Assembly: GCA_015064295.1 (NCBI GenBank)
Contig: SVSM01000001.1
Location: 17,668-81,667, forward strand
Length of the DNA: 64,000 bases
From: Oscillospiraceae bacterium
GTDB lineage: Bacteria > Bacillota > Clostridia > Oscillospirales > CAG-272
Direction of reading: 5' to 3'
In this document: positions 55,030 to 62,610 of the stretch, piece after piece
Layout: every line of letters starts with the position of its first letter
Numbering within the stretch: position 1 is the stretch's first letter
The notes under the pieces: model-generated
Seen by the model: the letters and a program-made list of their open reading frames with translations, nothing else
The model's database searches: none
What the model was told of the DNA's origin: nothing
Made by a program: the position numbers and the translations under genes

Positions 55030-55123
55030 AAATGATAAACGAGGCATTTGTAAAATACTATCAAATTTACGCACAGTTTTTGTAATTTTCAACACACCTT
55101 TTTGTCCCATTGCGGAGGGAATT

Positions 55124-56080
55124 ATGTCTTCTACGAAAATCATGCGTTATCACGTGACCGAAAACCGAAGATTCTTCAACGTTTCGGGCTTTACGACCGC
55201 CCATTATTTTTTCTGTAAGCCCAATTTTGTGCCGCGCTTTGAGCAATACGAGTTTTCCCAGATCTTCTACGTGCTGTCGGGAACCGGCGTTTACACTACG
55301 GAGCAGGGAAGCTACCCCATTCACTCCGGGACGATGTTCTACCGTCCCGCCGGTCGACGCTCCAAGTACGAGTGGACGTCGGGGCAGGTCCGCTTTGCGC
55401 TGATCAGCTTTTATTGTGACTCTCCCGCCATGGAACGCTTTGAGATCCCGCCCTTCCTTTTGAACCAGGAGGAGGGCGCCACCCTTCTTGATGCCATCAA
55501 AACGGCTGAAAAAATCTGCGAGCCGCTGGATGACGATGAAACCATGATCGGTCAGCGTCTGCGGGCGGGGGTCCCGGAGGTGATGCAGAGCTTCGTTTGC
55601 GCCTCTCTTGAGCGTTTTCTCTGCATGGTCTACTGCCGTATCAAGGGTATCGATATGCTGCAGGACGAGTCCTGCAAGGTCGGCGCGTTCTTGCGGACGG
55701 AGCAGCTGGTGGAGGGTGTAAAGAAATACTTCGCCGAGCATCTTGGCGAGCAGGTGTCGATTCGGGATCTTTGCGACCGCTTCTGGATCAGTGAAACCGC
55801 CCTTCGGAAAAAGTTCCGCCGTGAGACCGGTATGGGCGTCATGGAATACTTCATGGACAAGAAGATCAAAGAGGCCGAGCATCGGTTGGGGACCACGACC
55901 CTGAGCGTCACGGAAATCGCGGCGGGCCTCGGTTTTTCCTCCACGTCGTACTTTACCAAGGTATTCAAGGCGAAAACCGGCATGACTCCCACCGAGTACA
56001 GCCGTTACGCCTCCAAACGGTGGGCCTATTTTGCTCAACGCGAGGAGAAGAGGGGTCGCAAAACAAAGGAAAAGGATTAA
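55124..56080 (+). CDS. AraC-family transcriptional regulator (cupin-like N-domain plus HTH)
   Basis: Start at ATG 55124 behind GGAGGG; the track ORF from 54197 is antisense read-through. The C-terminal SVTEIAAGLGFSSTSYFTKVFKAKTGMTPTEY is the AraC HTH signature. Confidence 0.85.
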   Translation: MSSTKIMRYHVTENRRFFNVSGFTTAHYFFCKPNFVPRFEQYEFSQIFYVLSGTGVYTTEQGSYPIHSGTMFYRPAGRRSKYEWTSGQVRFALISFYCDSPAMERFEIPPFLLNQEEGATLLDAIKTAEKICEPLDDDETMIGQRLRAGVPEVMQSFVCASLERFLCMVYCRIKGIDMLQDESCKVGAFLRTEQLVEGVKKYFAEHLGEQVSIRDLCDRFWISETALRKKFRRETGMGVMEYFMDKKIKEAEHRLGTTTLSVTEIAAGLGFSSTSYFTKVFKAKTGMTPTEYSRYASKRWAYFAQREEKRGRKTKEKD

Positions 56081-56136
56081 TGCAAGGCTACCCGCACGGG
56101 GATGGCGTGAACAGAGAAATGAGAGGGGGCAAACGG

Positions 56137-56517
56137 ATGACAAAGCAGGAGCTGCTTGCCCACTGTCTTGATGCGTACGGTACGTCGCCGGATTATCCCT
56201 TTGAAGGGGATTTTGAAACAGCGGTGCTTCGGCACGGGGATAACCGCAAGTGGTATGCGATCGTGATGCGGATACCACGGCGTAAGTTTGGACTTCCTGA
56301 CGATGAGGGCGTTGACGTGGTCAATCTCAAGCTGCCGACGGAACTGATCAACTCCTTCGGTGCGGCTGACGGGGTCTATCCCGCTTACCATATGAACAAG
56401 CTCCATTGGGTCTCGGTGCTTCTGCCCGACGCGTCGGCTGATGTGATCGAGCTGCTTGTGAATGCGAGCTTTATCGTGACCAAATCCCATCGTGTGAAGA
56501 ACAGGAACGCCCGATGA
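56137..56517 (+). CDS. MmcQ/YjbR-family protein
   Basis: Start at ATG 56137. 126 aa. PDYPFEGDFETAVLRHGDNRKWYAIVM...HMNKLHWVSVLL matches the YjbR pattern. Confidence 0.7.
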   Translation: MTKQELLAHCLDAYGTSPDYPFEGDFETAVLRHGDNRKWYAIVMRIPRRKFGLPDDEGVDVVNLKLPTELINSFGAADGVYPAYHMNKLHWVSVLLPDASADVIELLVNASFIVTKSHRVKNRNAR

Positions 56518-57053
56518 AAAATGACAAAAAGCTTTTGAAGATGATCCTGGCTGCGTTCTTTTTGGCGCTGGCCTACGTGATGCCGTTCTTGACGGGACAG
56601 ATCCCCAAGATCGGCGCAATGCTTTGCCCCATGCACCTGCCGGTTCTGCTCTGTGGGTTTATCTGCGGGCCTGTATGGGGGGCCGTCGTTGGCCTTGTCG
56701 CCCCGTTGTTTCGTTCTCTGGTCCTGGGGATGCCGCTTCTTTTCCCAACGGCCTTTTGCATGGCCTTTGAGCTTGCCGCATACGGCGCCGCCTCCGGGCT
56801 GATGCACAGGCGTCTGCCTCGCAAGAAGCCTTACATCTATTGTTCGCTTCTTGCGGCTATGACCGCAGGACGCCTCGTTTGGGGGGCGGTTATGTTTCTT
56901 TGCCTGGGGGCTGTCGGTGGGAGTTTTACCTTTTCGGCCTTTCTTGCCGGAGCCGTGACCAATGCGATCCCCGGGATCACGGTGCAGATCGTTTTTGTCC
57001 CCCTTCTCGTTATGCTGATCGAAAATCCGAGGTTCCTGAATTCGGGTGATTGA
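56514..57053 (+). CDS. ECF-transporter substrate-binding (S) component-like membrane protein
   Basis: 179 aa with about 5-6 TM segments. CPMHLPVLLCGFICGPVWGAVVGLVAPLFR resembles ECF S-components. ATGA-coupled to the YjbR gene. Substrate unknown. Confidence 0.55.
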   Translation: MKNDKKLLKMILAAFFLALAYVMPFLTGQIPKIGAMLCPMHLPVLLCGFICGPVWGAVVGLVAPLFRSLVLGMPLLFPTAFCMAFELAAYGAASGLMHRRLPRKKPYIYCSLLAAMTAGRLVWGAVMFLCLGAVGGSFTFSAFLAGAVTNAIPGITVQIVFVPLLVMLIENPRFLNSGD

Positions 57054-57157
57054 AAGGAACGGCGGATATGCGTTGCGGATTGTATGGAAATAAGAAAGGG
57101 CTATCGTCAGGTGGCTCTTTTTTAACAATGGTTTTCCATTCGTATACGAAGTAGCTT

Positions 57158-57268
57158 CAGGAATGGCTCGGACATAGCGATATGAGCACCACCGCCAACA
57201 TCTACAACCACCTCGATGCCGTGACAAAAGCAGACACCGGCGCCGCGATGAGTAAAGCGTTGGGGTGA
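57158..57268 (+). pseudogene. Tyrosine recombinase (phage-type integrase) C-terminal fragment
   Basis: Own translation gives QEWLGHSDMSTTANIYNHLDAVTKADTGAAMSKALG*. The LGHS..TT..IY.H block contains the catalytic Tyr region. An in-frame stop sits at 57152-57154, no upstream integrase sequence is present, and the fragment lies about 310 nt from the tRNA-Ser 3' end. Confidence 0.7.
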
Positions 57269-57540
57269 GTTACAAATAAATCAAGACCGCTTCGAGCAAA
57301 TCGGAGCGGTCGATTTTCTTTATTCAATTCGAACTCTCTCGTAGTTACGGACAAGATGATACCTGCTCAGTTTATTTGCGCACCTACCTGTATCCCTCCG
57401 TCCCTGAAAATAGGGTGTTTTTGAACAGCCTTACATTTGCCTTGCAATGCCTTGCAGAAAATCGATAAACAACTGAAAGACGGCAAGGTGCATTTTCCTT
57501 GAAAGTGGGGAATGAAAGTCAAAAAATCAGGCAAAATTGA

Positions 57541-57575
57541 AAGAAAAAGAGCCTAAAATCGGAGATTTTAGGCTC
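57541..57575 (-). terminator. Terminator after tRNA-Ser
   Basis: 12-bp stem GAGCCTAAAATC / GATTTTAGGCTC with loop GGA. The reverse strand continues TTTTTCTT. Confidence 0.8.
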
Positions 57576-57579
57576 AATG

Positions 57580-57668
57580 TGGCGGAGAGAGAGGGATTCG
57601 AACCCTCGTGCGCGTGAGCGCAAACTGATTTCGAGTCAGCCCCGTTATGACCACTTCGATATCTCTCC
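57580..57668 (-). tRNA. tRNA-Ser (anticodon CGA), class II with a long variable arm
   Basis: Reverse strand reads GGAGAGA-TA-TCGAAGTGGTCATAACGG-G-GCTGA-CTCGAAA-TCAGT-TTGCGCTCACGCGCAC-GAGGG-TTCGAAT-CCCTC-TCTCTCC-G-CCA. Confidence 0.9.
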
Positions 57669-57709
57669 GTATTCTTTTTTGCATGGAGAAACCACTTCGA
57701 TATCTCTCC
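57650..57709 (-). repeat. 19-nt direct repeat duplicating the tRNA-Ser 5' end
   Basis: ACCACTTCGATATCTCTCC occurs at 57650-57668 (tRNA nt 1-19, reverse complement) and again at 57691-57709, i.e. 41 nt upstream of the tRNA in its own orientation. Confidence 0.85.
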
Positions 57710-57739
57710 CTATCGTACCGCCTCGGCGGCAACGGCACT

Positions 57740-57768
57740 ATTATATCACAAAACTTCCCCTGATGCAA
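57740..57768 (-). promoter_or_regulatory. Sigma-A-type promoter for tRNA-Ser
   Basis: Reverse strand reads TTGCAT, a 17-nt spacer, then TATAAT with an extended TG (-35 at 57768-57763, -10 at 57745-57740). Confidence 0.7.
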
Positions 57769-57874
57769 GAGCAAAAAGCAATTTTTTTCAAAAAAGCAGG
57801 GGCGTTTGCGAAAAAATGAATAGGGAACGGTGTGGTGGCGATACTGTAAGTACCAAAACAAAGGAGAGTACGCC

Positions 57875-58327
57875 ATGCAACTCACGCAAAAAGAAACCGA
57901 TTTCTTAAATGACTTCCGCGATCAGGAGCTTCTCTGCATCGAGAAGTACGAAAAGCACGCTGCCTGCGCCTGCAGTACCGAGCTCAAGAATCTCTTCAAC
58001 TCCTTGGCCGAGGCAGAAAGAAGCCACCTCAAAACCATCAACCAGATGGCCGGCGGTACCGTCGCAAGCGTTCCCTCGTCCCTTTCGGCAGACAATAGCT
58101 GCTGCGGATGTGCAAGCTACTGCGACGAGCAGAGCAAGAAATGCGACGAGTTCCTCTGCCGCGATATGCTGGCATCCGAAAAGCACGTGTCCTCAGTTTA
58201 CGACACGGGGATTTTTGAGTTTTCCGATCCCCAGGCCAGGAAGATGCTGAACCACATTCAGTCGGAGGAGCAGCAGCACGGCGAAAAGATCTACGCCTAT
58301 ATGAAGGCAAACGGCATGTACAGCTGA
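57875..58327 (+). CDS. Coat F domain (spore coat protein F-like) protein
   Basis: Start at ATG 57875 behind AAAGGAGAG. 150 aa. LTQKETDFLNDFRDQELLCIEKYEKHA and ...QSEEQQHGEKIYAYMKANGMY fit the four-helix CotF-like pattern. Confidence 0.65.
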   Translation: MQLTQKETDFLNDFRDQELLCIEKYEKHAACACSTELKNLFNSLAEAERSHLKTINQMAGGTVASVPSSLSADNSCCGCASYCDEQSKKCDEFLCRDMLASEKHVSSVYDTGIFEFSDPQARKMLNHIQSEEQQHGEKIYAYMKANGMYS

Positions 58328-58332
58328 TTTCG

Positions 58333-58358
58333 TCCCCCGCCTCGGCGGGGGATTTTCC
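58333..58358 (+). terminator. Hairpin after the cotF-like gene
   Basis: Stem CCCCCGC / GCGGGGG with loop CTCG, then ATTTTCC. Confidence 0.55.
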
Positions 58359-58372
58359 TTAGGAGGAAACGT

Positions 58373-59362
58373 ATGAAAATGGCTTTTTTTGATACCAAGC
58401 CCTACGACGAGCGGGGCTTTCGGGAGGCAGGGGAACGGTACGGGATCGAATATCGCTTTTTTGAGACCAAGCTGACCGCTCACACCTGCTCTCTTGCCGC
58501 GGGATGCGACGGTGTTGTGGTGTTTGTCAGCGATACGGTGGATCGCGAGGTCATCGACCGACTTTGCGGCATGGGCATCCGATTGGTCGCTCTGCGGTGT
58601 GCCGGCTTCAACAACGTGGACCTGAAGGCCGCCGAGGGGAGAGTCACGGTGGTGCGGGTGCCATCCTACTCTCCCTCGGCGGTGGCGGAGCATGCCTTTG
58701 CGCTGCTTCTGTGTCTATGCCGCCGGATTCATCGGGCCTATCTACGCACCCGCGAGTTCAATTTCAGCTTGAACGGGCTTACGGGTAAGGGGCTTAAGGG
58801 GAAGGTAGCGGGGATCGTCGGGGCAGGGCAGATCGGGCGGGCCTTTGCCGAGATCGCCGCGGGCTTTGGGATGGAGGTGCTGGCCTACGACCCCTTCCCA
58901 GCGGCTGACAGCGGTCTTGCCTACCGTTCACTTGACGAGGTCTTGAAACGAAGTGACGTGCTCTCCCTTCACTGTCCTTTGACGGCGGAGACGCGGCACA
59001 TGATCGACGGGCAGGCCATCACGGCCATGAGGGACGGCGCCGTTCTCATCAACACCTCCCGGGGGGCGCTGGTGGACAGTGAGGCCTTGCTTCACGGCTT
59101 GCGTAGCGGCAAATTGGGCGGGGCCTGTCTTGACGTTTACGAGGAGGAGACCGAGTTGTTTTATGAGGACCTGTCCGACCGGACGGTGCGTGACGAGCTT
59201 TTGGCGACACTGATCTCACTGCCTAACGTGATCGTGACCTCTCACCAGGCCTTTCTGACCGAGGAGGCACTGACTGCCATTGCCGAGATTACCTCACGGA
59301 ATGTTGTCACGGTTCTGAAACGTGAACCCTGCGAGAACGAGGTCAGGGAAAAAAGAGCGTAA
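58373..59362 (+). CDS. ldhA: D-isomer-specific 2-hydroxyacid dehydrogenase (D-lactate dehydrogenase type)
   Basis: 329 aa. Begins MKMAFFDTKPYDE. NAD motif GIVGAGQIGRAFA; catalytic region with SLHCPLT and TSHQAFLT. Confidence 0.85.
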   Translation: MKMAFFDTKPYDERGFREAGERYGIEYRFFETKLTAHTCSLAAGCDGVVVFVSDTVDREVIDRLCGMGIRLVALRCAGFNNVDLKAAEGRVTVVRVPSYSPSAVAEHAFALLLCLCRRIHRAYLRTREFNFSLNGLTGKGLKGKVAGIVGAGQIGRAFAEIAAGFGMEVLAYDPFPAADSGLAYRSLDEVLKRSDVLSLHCPLTAETRHMIDGQAITAMRDGAVLINTSRGALVDSEALLHGLRSGKLGGACLDVYEEETELFYEDLSDRTVRDELLATLISLPNVIVTSHQAFLTEEALTAIAEITSRNVVTVLKREPCENEVREKRA

Positions 59363-59393
59363 AAAACGGCTTACCAAGGGTAAGCCGTTTTTC
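59361..59393. terminator. Bidirectional terminator between ldhA and feoB
   Basis: Stem AACGGCTTACC / GGTAAGCCGTT with loop AAG, flanked by an A-run and a T-run. Confidence 0.8.
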
Positions 59394-59407
59394 AGTCCGT
59401 GTTATCT

Positions 59408-61516
59408 CTACCATAGCAGAGAGACGATGTTGACCAAAACACAAAGCGATATGCCAATGACGGTCGGAATCAGGATAGCGGCCAGGGTCTGTTTAAGGCT
59501 TCCCGTCTCCTTCTTGATGGTCAGAATTGTGGTAGAGCAGGGCCAGTGAAAGACGGTAAAGAGCAGCATATTGACGGCAGTGACGGCGGTCCATCCGTTT
59601 GCAACGAGGATGTTTTTCAGTTCGGTGAGTGAATGATAATCGGTAAGCCCGCCGCCTGCCGTGTAGCACATGAGAATGACGGGAATGACGATCTCGTTGG
59701 CGGGGAGGCCCAGCAGAAATCCCAGTAAAATTACACCGTCCAGTCCCATGAGCTCTCCAAGGGGATCGAGAAAGCCCGACAAAAGGGACAAAAGCGGCTG
59801 GCCACCCGCCGAGAGATTGGCAAGAAGCCAGATGACAAGCCCTGTGGGTGCCGCCACCGCCACGGCGCGGACCAAAACGAAGAGGGTACGGTCAAGCAGA
59901 GAACGGACGAGGATTTGCCCTACCTGTGGCGTGCGGTAGGGCGGTAGCTCCAGGGTGAAGGAGGAGGGAACGCCCTTCAGCACCGTCTGCGACAGAAGCC
60001 GGGAGACCCCCAAGGTCATGACGACCGCCAACAGGATGATCCCGGCCAGTAGCAGGGCGGAGGCCCCGCCGGAGGCGGCAAAAAAGAGGGAAATGATGGC
60101 GATCAGCATGGGAAAGCGTCCGTTGCAGGGCATAAAGGAGTTGGTCAGGATGGCAATCAGACGCTCCCTTGGGGAATCGATGATGCGGCATCCTACAACG
60201 CCTGCCGCATTGCAGCCCATTCCCATGCACATGGTGAGGGCCTGCTTGCCGCAGGCGGCACAGTGCTTGAAGCATCGGTCCAGATTGAAGGCCACGCGGG
60301 GCAGATACCCAACATCCTCAAGCAGGGTAAAAAGGGGAAAGAAAATGGCCATAGGCGGCAGCATGACCGATACCACCCACCCCACCACCCGCAGGACGCC
60401 CTCGCAAAGCAGGGAAGTAAACCAAGCGGGAGAGCCGATGGCGGTCAGCCCGCGGCTTACGATACCTTCCAGCCACGCGAAAAGGGAGGAGAGCCATGCC
60501 GAGGGGACGTTGGCACCCTTGACCGTCAGCCACAGAACGAGAAACAGCAGAAGAAGCATGAAGGGGAAGGCCGTCAGCCGTCCAATGAGCAGACGGTCGA
60601 GTCCCCTGCCGTCCCCCTTTCCCTTCGTTTTGCGGGTAACCGAGGTGGCCATATGCTTGGCGGCGGCGGAAAGTCTTGCCGACAGGGCGTCCCCTGCTAA
60701 TTCCCGGGAGGAGCGCTCTTCAGCGGGAGGGAAGTGTCTGGCGAGAAAATCCGTGGCAATGCAGGTCAGCTCGCTTTTTATCTCTTGGGAGATGCCGTAA
60801 TGGGACATCAGCCGTTCGGTAAAGGCATCGTCGCTATCGAGCAAGCGAAGCGCTACCAGGCGCGCCTGCCGTCTTGAAAGGCCGTTTCCGATGATGACGG
60901 AGGAGACGTCGGCTATGTAGGCCTCAATGGCGTCGGAATAGCGAAGAGTAAAGCTACCGTCGATGCGGCCCTCCAGCGCATCGGTCAGGGCCAGGGCCTC
61001 CTTGCCCTTCCGTGCGGTCATGGTGGTCACGGGGATGCCGAGGCGGGCCTCCAGGGCCTGGCCATCAACTGCAATGCCGTGGCGGGACGCTTCATCCATC
61101 AGATTGACGCAGAGTGCGGTCTCTTCCTTAACCTCCATGACCTGTAGGGCGAGGTGAAGGTTCCGTTCCAGACACGAGGCGTCGCAAACGATGACGGCGC
61201 GGTCAATGTCGTCAAAATAGAGGCAATCCCGCGCCACCATCTCCTCCGCCGAACGGGCCGAGAGGGAATAACAGCCCGGCAGGTCGACAAATAGGTAGTC
61301 CCGCTCTCCGGTCTTGCACCGACCGGAGGCACAGGAGACGGTCTTTCCCGTCCAGTTGCCGGTGTGCTGCTTTAATCCCGTCAGAGCGTTAAACAGAGTG
61401 CTCTTTCCCACGTTGGGGTTGCCTGCCAGCGCAACGATGCGGTCGGTATCCTTTTCCCGCAAGGCCTTCGCTGTGGCAGCGGCTCCTTTTCCGACCGATG
61501 AACGACTTAAACCCAT
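59408..61516 (-). CDS. feoB: Ferrous iron transporter FeoB
   Basis: Start moved to ATG 61516 (MGLSRSSVGKG...). G-domain IVALAGNPNVGKSTLFNALTG followed by a polytopic permease domain. 702 aa. The longer track ORF (to 62542) is upstream read-through. Confidence 0.92.
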   Translation of the reverse strand: MGLSRSSVGKGAAATAKALREKDTDRIVALAGNPNVGKSTLFNALTGLKQHTGNWTGKTVSCASGRCKTGERDYLFVDLPGCYSLSARSAEEMVARDCLYFDDIDRAVIVCDASCLERNLHLALQVMEVKEETALCVNLMDEASRHGIAVDGQALEARLGIPVTTMTARKGKEALALTDALEGRIDGSFTLRYSDAIEAYIADVSSVIIGNGLSRRQARLVALRLLDSDDAFTERLMSHYGISQEIKSELTCIATDFLARHFPPAEERSSRELAGDALSARLSAAAKHMATSVTRKTKGKGDGRGLDRLLIGRLTAFPFMLLLLFLVLWLTVKGANVPSAWLSSLFAWLEGIVSRGLTAIGSPAWFTSLLCEGVLRVVGWVVSVMLPPMAIFFPLFTLLEDVGYLPRVAFNLDRCFKHCAACGKQALTMCMGMGCNAAGVVGCRIIDSPRERLIAILTNSFMPCNGRFPMLIAIISLFFAASGGASALLLAGIILLAVVMTLGVSRLLSQTVLKGVPSSFTLELPPYRTPQVGQILVRSLLDRTLFVLVRAVAVAAPTGLVIWLLANLSAGGQPLLSLLSGFLDPLGELMGLDGVILLGFLLGLPANEIVIPVILMCYTAGGGLTDYHSLTELKNILVANGWTAVTAVNMLLFTVFHWPCSTTILTIKKETGSLKQTLAAILIPTVIGISLCVLVNIVSLLW

Positions 61517-61755
61517 TCGATTCTCCCTCCCGTCTCTACGTAAATTCCTGCCGCGTCCTCCCGCCGCAGAGCAATGACCGTCCCCTTTACCGCATAGGCG
61601 GTGGGGTCTCCGAGAGGACTCCTTCCCATACATTCTACCCGTGTTCCTTCGGTAAAGCCAATATCCATCAGCCGGCGGTGAATGGGGCCGCGATTGGTGA
61701 CGGCAACGATGCGCCCTCTTTCGCCGACCGATAGGGTTGACAGACGTCGTTTCAT
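61507..61755 (-). CDS. feoA: FeoA-family protein
   Basis: Start at ATG 61755 behind GGAAGGA. 82 aa. MKRRLSTLSVGERGRIVAV...RRLMDIGFTEGTRVE is the FeoA SH3-like pattern. Overlaps the feoB start. Confidence 0.85.
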   Translation of the reverse strand: MKRRLSTLSVGERGRIVAVTNRGPIHRRLMDIGFTEGTRVECMGRSPLGDPTAYAVKGTVIALRREDAAGIYVETGGRIEWV

Positions 61756-61782
61756 TTTTTCCTTCCTTTCGTTTCCTTGACA

Positions 61783-61802
61783 TGATAGGGTATTCGCTAT
61801 CA
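61783..61802. promoter_or_regulatory. Palindrome TGATAG-N8-CTATCA upstream of feoA (candidate metalloregulator operator)
   Basis: Perfect 6-bp arms at 61783-61788 and 61797-61802, 28 nt upstream of the feoA ATG. It overlaps a TATCAT -10-like hexamer on the reverse strand. Confidence 0.35.
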
Positions 61803-61872
61803 GTGTATGTGTTCGGCGGCGCCTTGTTACCCGGTTGGAGGCGGGCGTTTTTTGTATGAGCGACGGCTTCTC

Positions 61873-61901
61873 TTGACATCGGGGGAGATTCGGTGTAAAA
61901 T
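61873..61901 (+). promoter_or_regulatory. Sigma-A-type promoter for the GNAT gene
   Basis: TTGACA (61873-61878), a 17-nt spacer, then TAAAAT (61896-61901) preceded by TG. Confidence 0.6.
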
Positions 61902-61939
61902 AGTAGGAAATCGGAGACGAAACGAAAAAGGAGTACGCC

Positions 61940-62557
61940 ATGACAAAGCATCAGCGGATCGGTATTTTTAAACGGATCCCCACCCTGCGAACCGAACGGT
62001 TGACGCTCCGCCGTCTCAATCTTTCCGACTGTCAGGATATGTACGAGTATTCCCGTCTCCCCGAGGTGACCGAGTATTTGCTCTGGTACCCTCACGATAA
62101 CCCCGACCAGACCTATCGGAACCTGGAGGCGGTTCAGGCAAGCTACAAGCGGGGACAGTTTTACGACTGGGCGGTGGTGTTGACCGAGACCGGCAAGATG
62201 GTCGGGACCTGCGGCTTTACCTCCTTTGATCATGAGCACGGCAGAGCCGAGATCGGGTACGTTTTGAGTCCCTGCGTCTGGGGGCAGGGCATCGCCCCCG
62301 AGGCGGTGTCTGCCGTCATGGAATTTGCCTTTACCGAGCTTGACATCAACCGGGTGGAGGCACACTATATGGAGGGGAATGACCGAAGCCGCCGGGTGAT
62401 GGAGAAGTGCGGTATGACCTTTGAGGGCATCTTCCGTCAGTATATGCTGGTCAAGGGGCTTTACCGTAACATCGGGATCTGCGCGCTGACGCGGGACGGC
62501 TTTACTCCCCGGGGATGCTACCAAAAGGAAAAGCCGAAGCATTGGTTATTGCGATAA
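61940..62557 (+). CDS. GNAT-family N-acetyltransferase (RimJ/RimL-like)
   Basis: 205 aa. LRTERLTLRRL N-terminal pattern; GYVLSPCVWGQGIAPEAV...NDRSRRVMEKCGMTFEG acetyl-CoA-binding region. Confidence 0.85.
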   Translation: MTKHQRIGIFKRIPTLRTERLTLRRLNLSDCQDMYEYSRLPEVTEYLLWYPHDNPDQTYRNLEAVQASYKRGQFYDWAVVLTETGKMVGTCGFTSFDHEHGRAEIGYVLSPCVWGQGIAPEAVSAVMEFAFTELDINRVEAHYMEGNDRSRRVMEKCGMTFEGIFRQYMLVKGLYRNIGICALTRDGFTPRGCYQKEKPKHWLLR

Positions 62558-62600
62558 AAAAGGCCCCTCGGCAACGGAACGTTGCCGAGGGGCTCGTTTT
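62556..62600. terminator. Bidirectional terminator between the GNAT gene and the surface-protein gene
   Basis: 13-bp stem GCCCCTCGGCAAC / GTTGCCGAGGGGC, flanked by AAAAA and TCGTTTT. Confidence 0.8.
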
Positions 62601-62610
62601 GTCAAAGGGA

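Noticed and set aside
54197-55123. The N-terminal 309 codons of the 627-aa plus-strand ORF that ends as the AraC regulator.
   Set aside because: This part is antisense to the Gfo/Idh/MocA oxidoreductase and crosses the AT-rich divergent promoter region. The AraC protein starts sensibly at ATG 55124 behind GGAGGG.
55067-56278. 403-aa minus-strand ORF opposite the AraC and YjbR genes. A related case is 56385-57227 (minus strand).
   Set aside because: Both are antisense to genes with clear family motifs, and their products are Arg/Pro/Gly-rich. They are shadow ORFs.
57511-57555. 14-codon Lys-rich mini-ORF (MKVKKSGKIERKRA) just beyond the tRNA-Ser terminator.
   Set aside because: The putative RBS abuts the ATG with no spacer, the ORF overlaps the terminator stem, and nothing supports translation.
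61517-62542. Upstream extension of about 340 aa on the feoB ORF (track ORF 59408-62542).
   Set aside because: The extension runs through feoA in another frame and antisense to the GNAT gene. FeoB begins naturally at ATG 61516, overlapping the feoA stop, just before its G-domain P-loop.
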